From: Sphingobacteriales bacterium
Lineage (GTDB): Bacteria; Bacteroidota; Bacteroidia; Sphingobacteriales; Sphingobacteriaceae
Direction of reading: 5' to 3'
Length of the DNA: 64,000 bases
NCBI GenBank assembly: GCA_038209155.1
Contig: JBBQYA010000002.1
Location: forward strand, 3,862-67,861
The notes under the pieces are model-generated. The model saw only the letters and a program-made list of their open reading frames with translations. It ran no database searches and was not told where the DNA came from. This document shows, piece by piece, positions 8,827 through 18,046 of this stretch (position 1 is the stretch's first letter; each line of letters starts with the position of its first letter). Position numbers and translations under genes: made by a program.

Positions 8827-10742
8827 GCGGGAATTGTTCTCAATTTGCTGTTTTTATAACCATAAGCAAAATAAATAATTAAGCCGACAAAAAGCCAAAT
8901 TCCGAATCCAATCCAATTAGTAATTCCCATTTCCGACATCATGTAAAGGCAACAAACAAGCCCCGCAACTGGTATGAATGACAGATTTAATTGGAAACAT
9001 AAAATTGAAATATAAAGGCAAACCAATATGAAAATCCACGTTGGTATTTTATGTTTAAACAATCCAAATCCAGATTCAAATTTTTTGTCTTCTGAAATAG
9101 ATAATTTATTTAAGGTATTGGAATACATGTTTTTGTCCATCGCTAATAAAGCAATTTCTGGATCTGCTAATTCTTTATCTTCAGTTTTCAAGTCCGATTT
9201 AATAACCGTTTTTAATTCAGCTAATTCATTTTCATTCAAAGAGGTGATTAATTGAGTTGGCTTAAAAGCTTGTTTTTCATTTAAAACAAAAGCTTTTGTT
9301 TCATTTGGTCTTTGAATAAAAAGAAAAATAAGTGTTCCTAAAAATAGGATTGGAACAATAAATTTTGAATTGAGGTAAGGAGTTTTAAATTTTCGATCAA
9401 TAGTTTCTTTGCTGTTTTGCAATTTTAATACTCCAGCGCAAACCAATACAAAAGCAAATAAAGTTCCGATGCTACAAAGGTCAGTTACCATCGTTAAATT
9501 CATAAATAAGGAAGGAACAGCAACTACGAAACCAGTTACAATGGTAGCAAAAGATGGAGTTCTGTATTTCGGGTGAATTCTTGAAAAAGCCTTTGGAAGC
9601 AATCCATCTCGGCTCATGCTCATCCAAATTCGTGGTTGTCCTAATTGAAAAACCAATAAAACACTCGCCATTGCAATCACTGCACTTACTGCAATTATGC
9701 CAGATAGCCAATTAAGATTCAATTCTTGAAACACAAAAGCCAACGGATCTCCGACAGCCAATTGATCATATTTTACCATTCCAGTAAGAACTAAAGCCAC
9801 CGCAACATAAAGAACAGTACAAATAATAATTGCCCACATCATGGCTTTGGGTAAATCTCTTTGCGGGTTTTTGCATTCCTCGGCTGTGGTAGATATGGCA
9901 TCAAAACCGATGTATGCAAAAAATACTGCCGAAACACCTTTTACCACTCCAGAAAACCCGTTTGGAGCAAACGGAGTCCAGTTTTTAGTATCCACATAAA
10001 AAACACCAACTGCAATAATTAGTAAAATTATCGCCAATTTTATCACCACCATCACATTACTGGCATTTCTTGATTCTTGCATTCCACGGTAAACCAGCCA
10101 AGTAATCAATACGATAATGAGTAAAGCTGGAAGGTCGGCAACAAAATGAAAACCACCAATTAAAGGTGCTGATTGCCATGCTGTGTATGTTGCTTGTTGA
10201 TTATAACTTAAGTTTTCAAACAGTTTTCCGCTTTGCATCAATAAGGTTGATTCTTTAAATCCGCGAGATGCACTTAAATAATCCATCGTCATCCAGGCAG
10301 GCAATTCTATTCCGCCAGAAGCAAGCAAACTTGTGAAATAATCCGACCATGAAATAGCCACAGTGATATTACCAACCCCATATTCCATGATTAAAGACCA
10401 ACCAATAATCCATGCAATAAGTTCACCAAATGCGACATAGGAATAGGTGTAAGCACTACCAGCAACTGGAACAATGGAAGCAAATTCTGCATAGGCAAAG
10501 GCTGCAAAACCACAAGCTATAGCTGTGAAAATGAATAAATAAATAACGGCTGGACCACCGTCTGAACTTGCTTTTCCTATAGTGCTAAAAATTCCTGCAC
10601 CGATAATTGCAGCAATTCCAAATGCTGCTAAATCTCTCACTCCTAATGTTTTCGCTAATGCACCACCATGATGGTTTTGTCGTGCATCCGCATCTCTTAA
10701 TATTCCTTTAATCGTCTTTTTCCTAAAGAGTTTTTCAAACAT
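8823..10742 (-). CDS. APC-superfamily amino acid permease (cationic amino acid transporter-like, 14 TM)
   Basis: N-terminus ...LAKTLGVRDLAAFGIAAIIGAGIFSTIG and GSAYTYSYVAFGELIAWIIGW are typical APC signatures. An insert of about 100 hydrophilic residues precedes the last two TM helices. Confidence 0.85.
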   Translation of the reverse strand: MFEKLFRKKTIKGILRDADARQNHHGGALAKTLGVRDLAAFGIAAIIGAGIFSTIGKASSDGGPAVIYLFIFTAIACGFAAFAYAEFASIVPVAGSAYTYSYVAFGELIAWIIGWSLIMEYGVGNITVAISWSDYFTSLLASGGIELPAWMTMDYLSASRGFKESTLLMQSGKLFENLSYNQQATYTAWQSAPLIGGFHFVADLPALLIIVLITWLVYRGMQESRNASNVMVVIKLAIILLIIAVGVFYVDTKNWTPFAPNGFSGVVKGVSAVFFAYIGFDAISTTAEECKNPQRDLPKAMMWAIIICTVLYVAVALVLTGMVKYDQLAVGDPLAFVFQELNLNWLSGIIAVSAVIAMASVLLVFQLGQPRIWMSMSRDGLLPKAFSRIHPKYRTPSFATIVTGFVVAVPSLFMNLTMVTDLCSIGTLFAFVLVCAGVLKLQNSKETIDRKFKTPYLNSKFIVPILFLGTLIFLFIQRPNETKAFVLNEKQAFKPTQLITSLNENELAELKTVIKSDLKTEDKELADPEIALLAMDKNMYSNTLNKLSISEDKKFESGFGLFKHKIPTWIFILVCLYISILCFQLNLSFIPVAGLVCCLYMMSEMGITNWIGFGIWLFVGLIIYFAYGYKNSKLRTIPA

Positions 10743-10842
10743 GTAGGCTATAGTTTAGAATTTGAAGATAGAATTTTTATTTATACCAAAGACGTTTGAT
10801 TTTTTGATTTATTTAAAATATCTTCCTCAATTGATATTTAAA

Positions 10843-10850
10843 TAGATTTG
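10843..10850 (+). promoter_or_regulatory. Candidate -7 box (TAnnTTTG)
   Basis: TAGATTTG lies 17 nt upstream of the ATG at 10868. Confidence 0.35.
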
Positions 10851-10867
10851 TATCACTCTAATAAGCC

Positions 10868-11512
10868 ATGTTCCAAATTTTAAAGCATAATCGAATTTAC
10901 TTTACCTTATTCTTTTTATTAATATTATCCATTGCTATTTTGCTTTCCTTGTATTCCAAGCAGCAATTATTTTTTATGATAAATGATTCTGTAAACACAA
11001 AGGATCTATTTTTTAAATACATCACTCACCTTGGGGATGGTTTATTTTTCTCTTTGGTAATTATCGTTTTGGCGTTTTTCAAATTCCGTTATTCTGTGTT
11101 GGGAATTTTATGTTATGCAATACCAAGTTTATTCACACAATTTTTGAAGAAAAATATTTTTCATGAATATCGACCCAAAGCTTTTTTTGAAGGAATTCAA
11201 ACTTTACAATTGGTAGAAGGAGTAAAAGTTCATAGTTTTAATAGTTTTCCATCTGGGCATGCGACTACTGTATTTGCTATGTTTACTTTATTAGCAATTA
11301 TTTCTACCAACAAAAAGGTATCCTATCTCTTTTTTGCTTTAGCCTTTTTAACTTCCTTTAGTAGAGTTTATTTGTCGCAGCATTTCGTGCTTGACGTATA
11401 TGCAGGAGCAATAATTGGAACAGTATTAACAGTTTTAATTATTTATTTTTGTGATAAAATTAATTGGTTTAAGAAGGATATTTTTGATAGGAGGTTTAGG
11501 TTTTCTACATGA
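10868..11512 (+). CDS. PAP2-family membrane phosphatase
   Basis: Acid phosphatase motifs KxxxxxxRP (KKNIFHEYRP), PSGH (FPSGHA) and SRxxxxxHxxxD (SRVYLSQHFVLD). Multi-TM. Confidence 0.85.
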   Translation: MFQILKHNRIYFTLFFLLILSIAILLSLYSKQQLFFMINDSVNTKDLFFKYITHLGDGLFFSLVIIVLAFFKFRYSVLGILCYAIPSLFTQFLKKNIFHEYRPKAFFEGIQTLQLVEGVKVHSFNSFPSGHATTVFAMFTLLAIISTNKKVSYLFFALAFLTSFSRVYLSQHFVLDVYAGAIIGTVLTVLIIYFCDKINWFKKDIFDRRFRFST

Positions 11513-11586
11513 AATTTGAAATTAGATATTTCTTGATTTAAAAATTTTAGTTGGGAATGATAACCATTGTCTTTAAATAAAAATTA

Positions 11587-13296
11587 TCATTCCAATTCTT
11601 TCAACTTCAATTGAATAAATTCGGCAATGGATTTTATATTTTCTTTACTAAAATCAAAAGAAATTCCAGCTGTTTCATAAATTTCTTTTACAGGTTTTGT
11701 ATAGCCTAACTTTAATGCAGCTAAATATTGATTAATGTTTTTTTCTGGATCTTTGCTGTAATTTTTCCAAATTGCAATCGCACCTAATTGTGCCATTCCA
11801 TACTCAATATAATAGAAAGGCACTTCAAATAAGTGTAATTGTTTTTGCCAAAGCGTTTTTCTGGTTTCGGAAAATCCATCCCAATTAATTATTTTATTTC
11901 CAAAATCATTTGTCAAATTGCTCCATTCTGTTTCTCGCTCACTACTCGTATTTTCTGGATTTAAATAAAGCCAATGTTGAAACTTATCTATCATTGCTAT
12001 CCAAGGAAAAATCATAATAATATCTTCTAAATGTTCTTTTTTAGCACGCTTTAAATCATCTTCATTTTCAAAAAATTCATTCCAATAATCCATTGTAATT
12101 AATTCCATACTCATAGAAGCTAATTCTGCAACTTCGGAAGGCACATTTTTGAATCCGTTCAATTCTAAATCACTACTAATAAAAGTATGCACCGCATGGC
12201 CTCCTTCATGAATCATAGTAATCATATCTCGAAAAGAATTTGCGGAATTCATAAAAATAAACGGCATACCACTTTCAGATAGTGGATAATTATAACCGCC
12301 TGGTGCTTTTCCTTTTCTAGATTCCAGATCGAAAAGATTGTTTTCTTTCATCGTTTGCAAACATTCACTCAAATAGGGATGCACTTTTTCAAAACATTGT
12401 TTAGTTTTCTGGAATAGTTCTTCAGCCCCTACAAATGGTTTTAAAGGTTCTTTTTCAGAAATATCTACATCTAAGTCATAGGGTTTAATAGAATCTAGCT
12501 TTAATTTATTTTTTCTTTCTAAAGTAAAATCAGCAACCAATGGAACTATTTCCGTAAGAATAGCTTGGTGGAAATCTTCACATTCTTTTACTCCAAAATC
12601 AAACCTGCCCAACTCTCTAAATTTATAATCACGATAGTTAGAGAAGCCTGCATTTTTTGCAACTTGATTTCTTTTTGAAATTAATTTCCCCATTAATTCA
12701 TTCAAAGCATCTCTATCTTTTAATCTTCGATCGGTAACTAATTTATAAACATCTTCTCTCTGTGTTCTATCTATGCTTTTCAAGAAATTAGAAGCTTGTT
12801 CCAATGTGAATTCTTTATCCTGATAATGTATGCTCATTGCACCAGCAATTGCTCCAAACTCTTGTTGCATCACTTGAATTTCCGCCATAAGTTCTACATT
12901 CTCTTGTCTGAATAATTCTATTTGATTTTTAATAGATCGTAAATAAATTTTATACGTTTCCTGATCTAATTTTTCTAAGTAATTATTGGCTATTAATTTT
13001 TTATTTAATTCATTAAAAGCTTCAGCAGAAATTGGTTCAATTTCTGTGACAAATAATTCAAAATCTTGTTTTACTTTTTCGTCTGTGGTATCACACGTTG
13101 TTCGAATATATTTCCATGCAAGGGTCTCATCCAAAGCAGCTTCCAATTCACTACGATCTAATAACCAATGTTCTAAATCCTTAGTTGAATTAATTTCTCT
13201 TGTTTTAAGATCTTCAAAATAAGGTAAAAGATTAGTTTTGCTAAAATCAAATTCAGCAGGTAAAAATTTACGTTTAGAAACAGAACTAATTTGCAT
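11587..13296 (-). CDS. pepF: M3-family oligoendopeptidase F
   Basis: Zinc motif HEGGHAVH (HExxH) with a downstream E (EVAELAS). The 569-aa length and overall layout are typical of PepF/M3B. Confidence 0.8.
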   Translation of the reverse strand: MQISSVSKRKFLPAEFDFSKTNLLPYFEDLKTREINSTKDLEHWLLDRSELEAALDETLAWKYIRTTCDTTDEKVKQDFELFVTEIEPISAEAFNELNKKLIANNYLEKLDQETYKIYLRSIKNQIELFRQENVELMAEIQVMQQEFGAIAGAMSIHYQDKEFTLEQASNFLKSIDRTQREDVYKLVTDRRLKDRDALNELMGKLISKRNQVAKNAGFSNYRDYKFRELGRFDFGVKECEDFHQAILTEIVPLVADFTLERKNKLKLDSIKPYDLDVDISEKEPLKPFVGAEELFQKTKQCFEKVHPYLSECLQTMKENNLFDLESRKGKAPGGYNYPLSESGMPFIFMNSANSFRDMITMIHEGGHAVHTFISSDLELNGFKNVPSEVAELASMSMELITMDYWNEFFENEDDLKRAKKEHLEDIIMIFPWIAMIDKFQHWLYLNPENTSSERETEWSNLTNDFGNKIINWDGFSETRKTLWQKQLHLFEVPFYYIEYGMAQLGAIAIWKNYSKDPEKNINQYLAALKLGYTKPVKEIYETAGISFDFSKENIKSIAEFIQLKLKELE

Positions 13297-13361
13297 AATT
13301 ATAAGATTTAAAAATAAAATTTAAGAATTTTTGAAAATAATGTTAAAATTATCATTAGTAT

Positions 13362-13490
13362 GGTCGGCTTAGGGATTGAAGCGGTATCCTTTTTTTGCTT
13401 ATTCAAACTATCAAATGAGAATAATCTCACCGCAAAAAAAGATAAAGCTGAAAGCCCGACCCCGAAATTTTTTTATTTCGGGGAAAGCCA
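13362..13490. other. GC-rich long imperfect hairpin plus a 9-bp stem-loop; candidate small structured RNA, strand unresolved
   Basis: GGTCGGCTT...AGC..TATC.CTTTTTTTGC (13362-13398) pairs with GCAAAAAAAGATA.AGCT..AAGCCCGACC (13432-13461). CCCCGAAAT-TTTTTT-ATTTCGGGG follows at 13460-13483. An alternative pairing GCGGT (13381-85) with ACCGC (13429-33) is possible. Confidence 0.3.
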
Positions 13491-13612
13491 CTCATAAAAA
13501 TTAATTCACCGATTAGTATTAAGTTATAAAATAAGAATATTAAAAAAGTATAAACAAAAAAATTTTAAACATAACTAGAGCCCAGTAGATATTTTCATAT
13601 AAATTAAAAGAT

Positions 13613-14461
13613 TTAAAAATAATAATTCAAAACAAAAAATATAGAAAATAAAATACTTGCTAAACCATTGGTTGTAAAAAATGCAGCATTTACTCGCGAC
13701 AAATTATTGGCTTTAACAATAGTATGTTGATAAATTAATAAACCGATAAAAATTAAAGCTCCAATCCAGTATAAACTGTTTGCTTTTAAAAAATAACCAG
13801 CAAGCAGAATACTAGAAGCTGAAAAAAAATGTAGCATTCTACTTAATAAAAGTGCTTTTTCTCCTCCAAACCTTGTCGGCATACTGTATAGTTTCATTTC
13901 ACGATCGAAGTTTTCATCTTGTAAGGAATAAATAATATCGAAACCACTTACCCAACATAAAACTGCAACTGAAAAGAAGATAGGAATTACATGAAATTCA
14001 TTAGTTACAGCCAAGAAAGCTCCTAATGGTGCAAGCGATAATCCTAAGCCTAAAACTAAATGGCACCAATAAGTAAATCGTTTGGTATAACTATATCCCA
14101 AAATGATTAATAAAGCAATGGGAGATAAATAGAAACACAGGGTATTTATAAAATATGTAGTTATTATAAATGCAATGCAACATAAAATTGTAAACATCAA
14201 AGCATTTTTTGCAGAAACTATTCCAGCTGGAATTTCTCTAATCTGTGTTCTGGGATTTTTTGCATCTATATCTCTGTCTATGTATCTATTAAATGCCATA
14301 GCAGCACTTCGAGCTAAAAACATACACAGAATAATTGCAAACAATTTTTGAAGATTGAATTCAAAATTCCCAATCATTAATGCTAAATAAAAACCAACAA
14401 TGGCAAAAGGTAAAGCAAAAATAGTATGACTGAATTTAATCAGCGAAAGGTAATTTTTCAA
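13613..14461 (-). CDS. UbiA-family aromatic polyprenyltransferase
   Basis: N-terminal LIKFSHTIFALPFA and Asp-rich motif NRYIDRDIDAKNPRT, a second D-rich region YSLQDENFD, and about 8 TM segments. Its first 26 nt overlap the end of engB. Confidence 0.8.
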   Translation of the reverse strand: MKNYLSLIKFSHTIFALPFAIVGFYLALMIGNFEFNLQKLFAIILCMFLARSAAMAFNRYIDRDIDAKNPRTQIREIPAGIVSAKNALMFTILCCIAFIITTYFINTLCFYLSPIALLIILGYSYTKRFTYWCHLVLGLGLSLAPLGAFLAVTNEFHVIPIFFSVAVLCWVSGFDIIYSLQDENFDREMKLYSMPTRFGGEKALLLSRMLHFFSASSILLAGYFLKANSLYWIGALIFIGLLIYQHTIVKANNLSRVNAAFFTTNGLASILFSIFFVLNYYF

Positions 14462-15086
14462 TTGAAATATTTATTTTTTTTTCGGGTTTAATAAAACTTT
14501 TATTTACCTCATCTATAAATGCTAGAATAGGGTCTGCACCTGATTTTTTTTCTGCTGAGGTTACATAAACACTTGGCAATTCTTCCCAATTTTTTCTTAA
14601 TTGATCTTTAAATAAAGCAACATTATCATTCGTTTTGTTTGAAGATTGTTTATCGCTCTTGGTAAAAATGATAATAAACGGAATTTCATTTTCTCCTAAC
14701 CAAGTCACAAATTCCAGATCAATTTTTTGAGGAGCTAATCGGCTATCGATCAAAACCATTGCAGATTGCAAATTTTCTCTACTTTCAAAATAAGTTTTTA
14801 TAAATTTTTCCCAACTTCCTTTATCAGATCTGGATGCTCGAGCAAAACCATAGCCTGGCAAATCAACTAAATACCAATTTTCATTAATCAAAAAATGATT
14901 GATCAATCTGGTTTTCCCAGGAGTTTGAGAAGTTTTTGCTAACTTTTTTTTATTAGTAAGCATATTGATCAAAGAAGATTTACCCACATTGCTTCTTCCA
15001 ATAAATGCATATTCTGGAAGTAATGGCTCGGGTAATTTACTCACTTCGGTGTTGCTACAAACAAAATCTGCTGATCGAATAATCAT
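14436..15086 (-). CDS. engB: Ribosome-biogenesis GTPase YihA/EngB
   Basis: G1 GRSNVGKSSLIN, G3 DLPGYG and G4 TKSDK. I place the start at the ATG at 15086 (MIIRSADF...), which fits the family N-terminus better than the longer track start at 15113. Confidence 0.85.
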   Translation of the reverse strand: MIIRSADFVCSNTEVSKLPEPLLPEYAFIGRSNVGKSSLINMLTNKKKLAKTSQTPGKTRLINHFLINENWYLVDLPGYGFARASRSDKGSWEKFIKTYFESRENLQSAMVLIDSRLAPQKIDLEFVTWLGENEIPFIIIFTKSDKQSSNKTNDNVALFKDQLRKNWEELPSVYVTSAEKKSGADPILAFIDEVNKSFIKPEKKINISIEKLPFAD

Positions 15087-15213
15087 GGTTTGAAATAAAA
15101 TACAAACATACATTTTCGATAGGGAAACTCTTTTTATCTATGGAATAAATCTGTTTTATCATTTTTTTGTTGACTCATCTATAATCCAATCCTAATTCAT
15201 AGGCTTAAAAAAT

Positions 15214-15221
15214 TATATTTG
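15214..15221 (+). promoter_or_regulatory. Candidate -7 box (TAnnTTTG)
   Basis: TATATTTG lies 9 nt upstream of the ATG at 15231. It overlaps the alternative TTG start at 15219, which argues against that start. Confidence 0.35.
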
Positions 15222-15230
15222 CAATTATTT

Positions 15231-15956
15231 ATGAATGAAATAAGACCGTATTTACATACAGAAAGTTCAAAAAAAGAACAAGTTGCCACTATGTTCGACA
15301 AAATTGCGCATTCGTATGATTTCTTAAATCATTTTCTATCTCTTGGAATTGATAAAATTTGGAGAAAAAAAGCCATCAGAGAATTAGCAGATGCTAAACC
15401 TAAATTAATTTTGGATGTCGCAACTGGAACCGGAGATTTTGCTTTGGAAGCGTTAAAATTGAATCCGGAAAAAATAATAGGAATTGATATTTCAAATGGA
15501 ATGTTAGATATCGCAAGGAAAAAAATTATTACAAAACAGTTAAATGAACTATTTGAAGTCAGATTGGGCGACTCTGAACAGCTCGATTTTGAGTCTAATA
15601 AGTTTGACGCTGTTACCGTTAGCTTTGGAGTCAGAAATTTTGAAAATCTACAAAAGGGGATTTCAGAAATATTTAGAGTGCTTAAACCTGGCGGCAAATT
15701 AATTGTTTTGGAATTTTCCAGACCCAAAAAGTTTCCAGTCAAACAAGCTTATAACTTTTATTTTTTTAGTATTTTACCCCTGTTCGGAAAATTATTTTCT
15801 AAAGATCAACGCGCATACAATTACCTTCCAGAGTCTGTAGCTGCATTTCCTGACGGAGATGCTTTTACTGCTATTTTAATTCAAGAAGGATTTCATCATA
15901 CCACAAATAAAACACTTACGTTTGGAATCAGTTCCATTTACACAGGCATAAAATGA
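15231..15956 (+). CDS. ubiE: Demethylmenaquinone/ubiquinone C-methyltransferase
   Basis: N-terminus VATMFDKIAHSYDFLNHFLSLGIDKIWRK and SAM motif LDVATGTGD, then ...VSFGVRNF... and LKPGGKLIVLEFS. All are classic UbiE/MenG blocks. Confidence 0.9.
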   Translation: MNEIRPYLHTESSKKEQVATMFDKIAHSYDFLNHFLSLGIDKIWRKKAIRELADAKPKLILDVATGTGDFALEALKLNPEKIIGIDISNGMLDIARKKIITKQLNELFEVRLGDSEQLDFESNKFDAVTVSFGVRNFENLQKGISEIFRVLKPGGKLIVLEFSRPKKFPVKQAYNFYFFSILPLFGKLFSKDQRAYNYLPESVAAFPDGDAFTAILIQEGFHHTTNKTLTFGISSIYTGIK

Positions 15957-16660
15957 CGCACTCATCTATCTATTATATCCTATTTTTTTTCACTCTAATA
16001 ACTGGTTTTGCAGCAAAAGCTCAAGAAAACTCAGCCCGAGGAATTGATTTAGCCGATTATAATTTTGGTTTTTCCATTGCATATAATACTCATACTTTAC
16101 GAGTTATTCCTAAACGTGATTTTAGATTAGGGGATAGTTTGCAAACAGTAAAACCAATTTCTGGACCTGGTTTTAATTTAGGAATGTTGGTAAATGTAAA
16201 ACTAAATAAGAAAGTAGATTTACGTTTTACGCCTTCTTTGGCTTTTACCGATAGAAGTTTGGATTTTGTATTTGATGATAAAACCAAAAATAAATTAAAG
16301 CCTGTGGAATCCACCTATGTTGATTTGCCTTTAAGCTTAAAATTAAAATCAGAAAGACATAGAAATGTGCGATTTTACGTTATTGGAGGACTTAAATATT
16401 CCTACGATGTAATTTCACAGAAAAGATTAGCAGATCAAAATTTATCTGAGGAGCTCAAAAAAGTAAAATTGCAAAAAAATGTTTTTGCTTATGAGTATGG
16501 GTTTGGAATGGACTTTTATTATGAATATTTCAAGTTTTCTCCCGAAATTAAATTCTCTAACGGTATTAATGATATTTTGATAAGAGAAGATAATAGGTTT
16601 TCAAAACCATTAGATAGATTATTTTCAAGAGTGTTTCAAGTTACTTTATTCTTTGAATAA
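15953..16660 (+). CDS. porT: PorT-family outer-membrane beta-barrel protein
   Basis: Signal peptide (FAAKAQE) and alternating beta-strand pattern, about 235 aa. Its ATGA start overlaps the ubiE stop. From memory, the ubiE-porT adjacency is conserved in Bacteroidota. This is a family-level call only. Confidence 0.6.
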   Translation: MTHSSIYYILFFFTLITGFAAKAQENSARGIDLADYNFGFSIAYNTHTLRVIPKRDFRLGDSLQTVKPISGPGFNLGMLVNVKLNKKVDLRFTPSLAFTDRSLDFVFDDKTKNKLKPVESTYVDLPLSLKLKSERHRNVRFYVIGGLKYSYDVISQKRLADQNLSEELKKVKLQKNVFAYEYGFGMDFYYEYFKFSPEIKFSNGINDILIREDNRFSKPLDRLFSRVFQVTLFFE

Positions 16661-16663
16661 TTA

Positions 16664-17425
16664 ATGAATAAAATTGCATTTATTACGGGAGCAAGCTCAG
16701 GAATTGGCGAGGCAACTGCAATTTCTTTTGCGGCTGCCGGCTATCAATTAATTCTGTGTGCAAGAAGAAAAGATCGATTAGAAAAAATAAAATCAGAACT
16801 ATTTACAAAATATAAAACCAATATTTTTATTTTGACTTTTGATGTTCAAAATAACAATCAAGTTCAAAAGGCAATAGATTCACTACCAGAAAATTGGAAA
16901 AAGATAAATGTTTTGATTAATAATGCAGGTTTGTCTTTGGGCTTAAGTTCGATTGAGGATGGGGATACAAACGATTGGGAAACCATGATTGACACGAATG
17001 TAAAAGGGCTTTTATGGGTGACCAAAGCACTCATTCCATTATTAAAAAAGTCTTTAAATCCTCAAATTATCAATATTGGATCTATTGCTGGTAAACAAAC
17101 GTATGCTATGGGAAACGTTTACTGTGCAAGCAAACATGCAGTTGCAGCTTTGAGCGATGCCATGCGTATTGATTTACTATCAGCCGAAATTAAAGTTACT
17201 GCCATTCATCCAGGAGCAGTAGAAACTGAGTTTTCTGTTGTAAGATTTAAAGGAGATCAAACAAAAGCCAACCAAGTTTATCAAGGTTTCAAACCTTTGA
17301 TGGCGGCAGATGTAGCAGATTCTATTTTATATTGTGCAGGTTTGCCACCGCATGTGAACATAAATGAATTAACTATTATGCCTTTGGCCCAAGCAAGTCC
17401 AATGTATTTAAACAAAACAAGATAA
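16664..17425 (+). CDS. Short-chain dehydrogenase/reductase, YdfG-like
   Basis: Cofactor motif TGASSGIG, NNAG, and catalytic YCASK. Confidence 0.85.
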   Translation: MNKIAFITGASSGIGEATAISFAAAGYQLILCARRKDRLEKIKSELFTKYKTNIFILTFDVQNNNQVQKAIDSLPENWKKINVLINNAGLSLGLSSIEDGDTNDWETMIDTNVKGLLWVTKALIPLLKKSLNPQIINIGSIAGKQTYAMGNVYCASKHAVAALSDAMRIDLLSAEIKVTAIHPGAVETEFSVVRFKGDQTKANQVYQGFKPLMAADVADSILYCAGLPPHVNINELTIMPLAQASPMYLNKTR

Positions 17426-17429
17426 GAAA

Positions 17430-17879
17430 ATGACATTAATAGATACTATTGATAATGATATAAAAAGGGCAATGATTGCCAAAGATGAAATTGGTTTACG
17501 TGCTTTACGAGCAATAAAATCAGCTTTATTAATTGCCAGAACCGAAAAAAATGCTACGGATAATATTAGCGCAGAAACAGAATTAAAGGTTTTGCAAAAA
17601 CAAGTGAAACAAAGAAAAGAATCTGCCGATATTTACAATCAACAAAATAGAGATGATTTAGCAAAAATAGAATTGGATGAATTAGCTGTGATTGAAAAAT
17701 ATCTTCCAGCACAAAAAACGGATGAAGAAATAGAAGCAATGATTAAAAGTATTATTACCGAAACAGGTGTTAGTTCACCGAAAGAAATGGGCAAAGTAAT
17801 TGGACTGGCTACCACTAAATTGGCTGGTGCAGCGGATAGTAAAACAATAGCAACGCTTGTAAAAAAGCTTTTAAACTAA
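17430..17879 (+). CDS. GatB/YqeY domain protein
   Basis: 149 aa. ...DIKRAMIAKDE..LRALRAIKSAL... and C-terminal ...MGKVIG...KLAG.ADSK are typical of YqeY. Confidence 0.8.
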   Translation: MTLIDTIDNDIKRAMIAKDEIGLRALRAIKSALLIARTEKNATDNISAETELKVLQKQVKQRKESADIYNQQNRDDLAKIELDELAVIEKYLPAQKTDEEIEAMIKSIITETGVSSPKEMGKVIGLATTKLAGAADSKTIATLVKKLLN

Positions 17880-18013
17880 AAAAAAATAAAAAAAATGCCT
17901 AATTCATGAACTAGAATGTTTTTGTTTTTGGATTAACAAGGGCTTTTTCAGCATTAAAATAAATAAATTATCGGTCCCATGGTTCAAATATTAGGTTAAT
18001 AAAATTTAAGATT

Positions 18014-18021
18014 TATATTTG
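18014..18021 (+). promoter_or_regulatory. Candidate -7 box (TAnnTTTG)
   Basis: TATATTTG lies 25 nt upstream of the ATG at 18047. Confidence 0.35.
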
Positions 18022-18046
18022 GGATGAGCATTACTAAAAAGTATCT

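Noticed and set aside
13362-13500. Cobalamin riboswitch or RNase P-like reading of AGGGATTGAAGCGGTATCC ... GGGGAAAGCCACTC
   Set aside because: It only superficially resembles the GGGAA/GCCACUG core and the GAGGAAAGUCC box. The element is too short and lacks the other conserved cores. I keep it only as an unassigned structured element.
14436-15113. Longer track starts for engB (15113), ubiE (15219), bamA (22129), skp-2 (25315), the AI-2E gene (33033), folC (34388), the barrel gene (39383) and the TPR gene (42435)
   Set aside because: Downstream ATG starts give proper signal peptides or family-typical N-termini. Several of the longer starts are TTG codons that add non-conserved residues or overlap the neighbouring gene or promoter box.
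15329-15742. 137-aa minus-strand ORF. Similar track ORFs were considered at 815-1271, 1720-2019, 5550-5780, 7074-7322, 9028-9711, 12986-13222, 16090-16314, 18347-18589, 19645-19902, 21408-21853, 23438-23623, 24636-24902, 27431-27853, 31100-31288, 36728-36958, 38425-38706, 45292-45513, 46232-46661, 47261-47449, 49362-49544, 54261-54539, 54766-54954, 56192-56395, 57428-57667, 58116-58340, 58400-58702, 59656-59844, 62693-62878 and 63443-63646.
   Set aside because: Each is nested antisense or out of frame within a gene that has clear family motifs. This is the expected chance result of open frames in AT-rich DNA.
17961-17990. T-loop-like GGTTCAAAT in the spacer after the yqeY-like gene
   Set aside because: The flanking bases cannot form a T-stem and no acceptor or anticodon arms can be drawn. 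It is not a tRNA.
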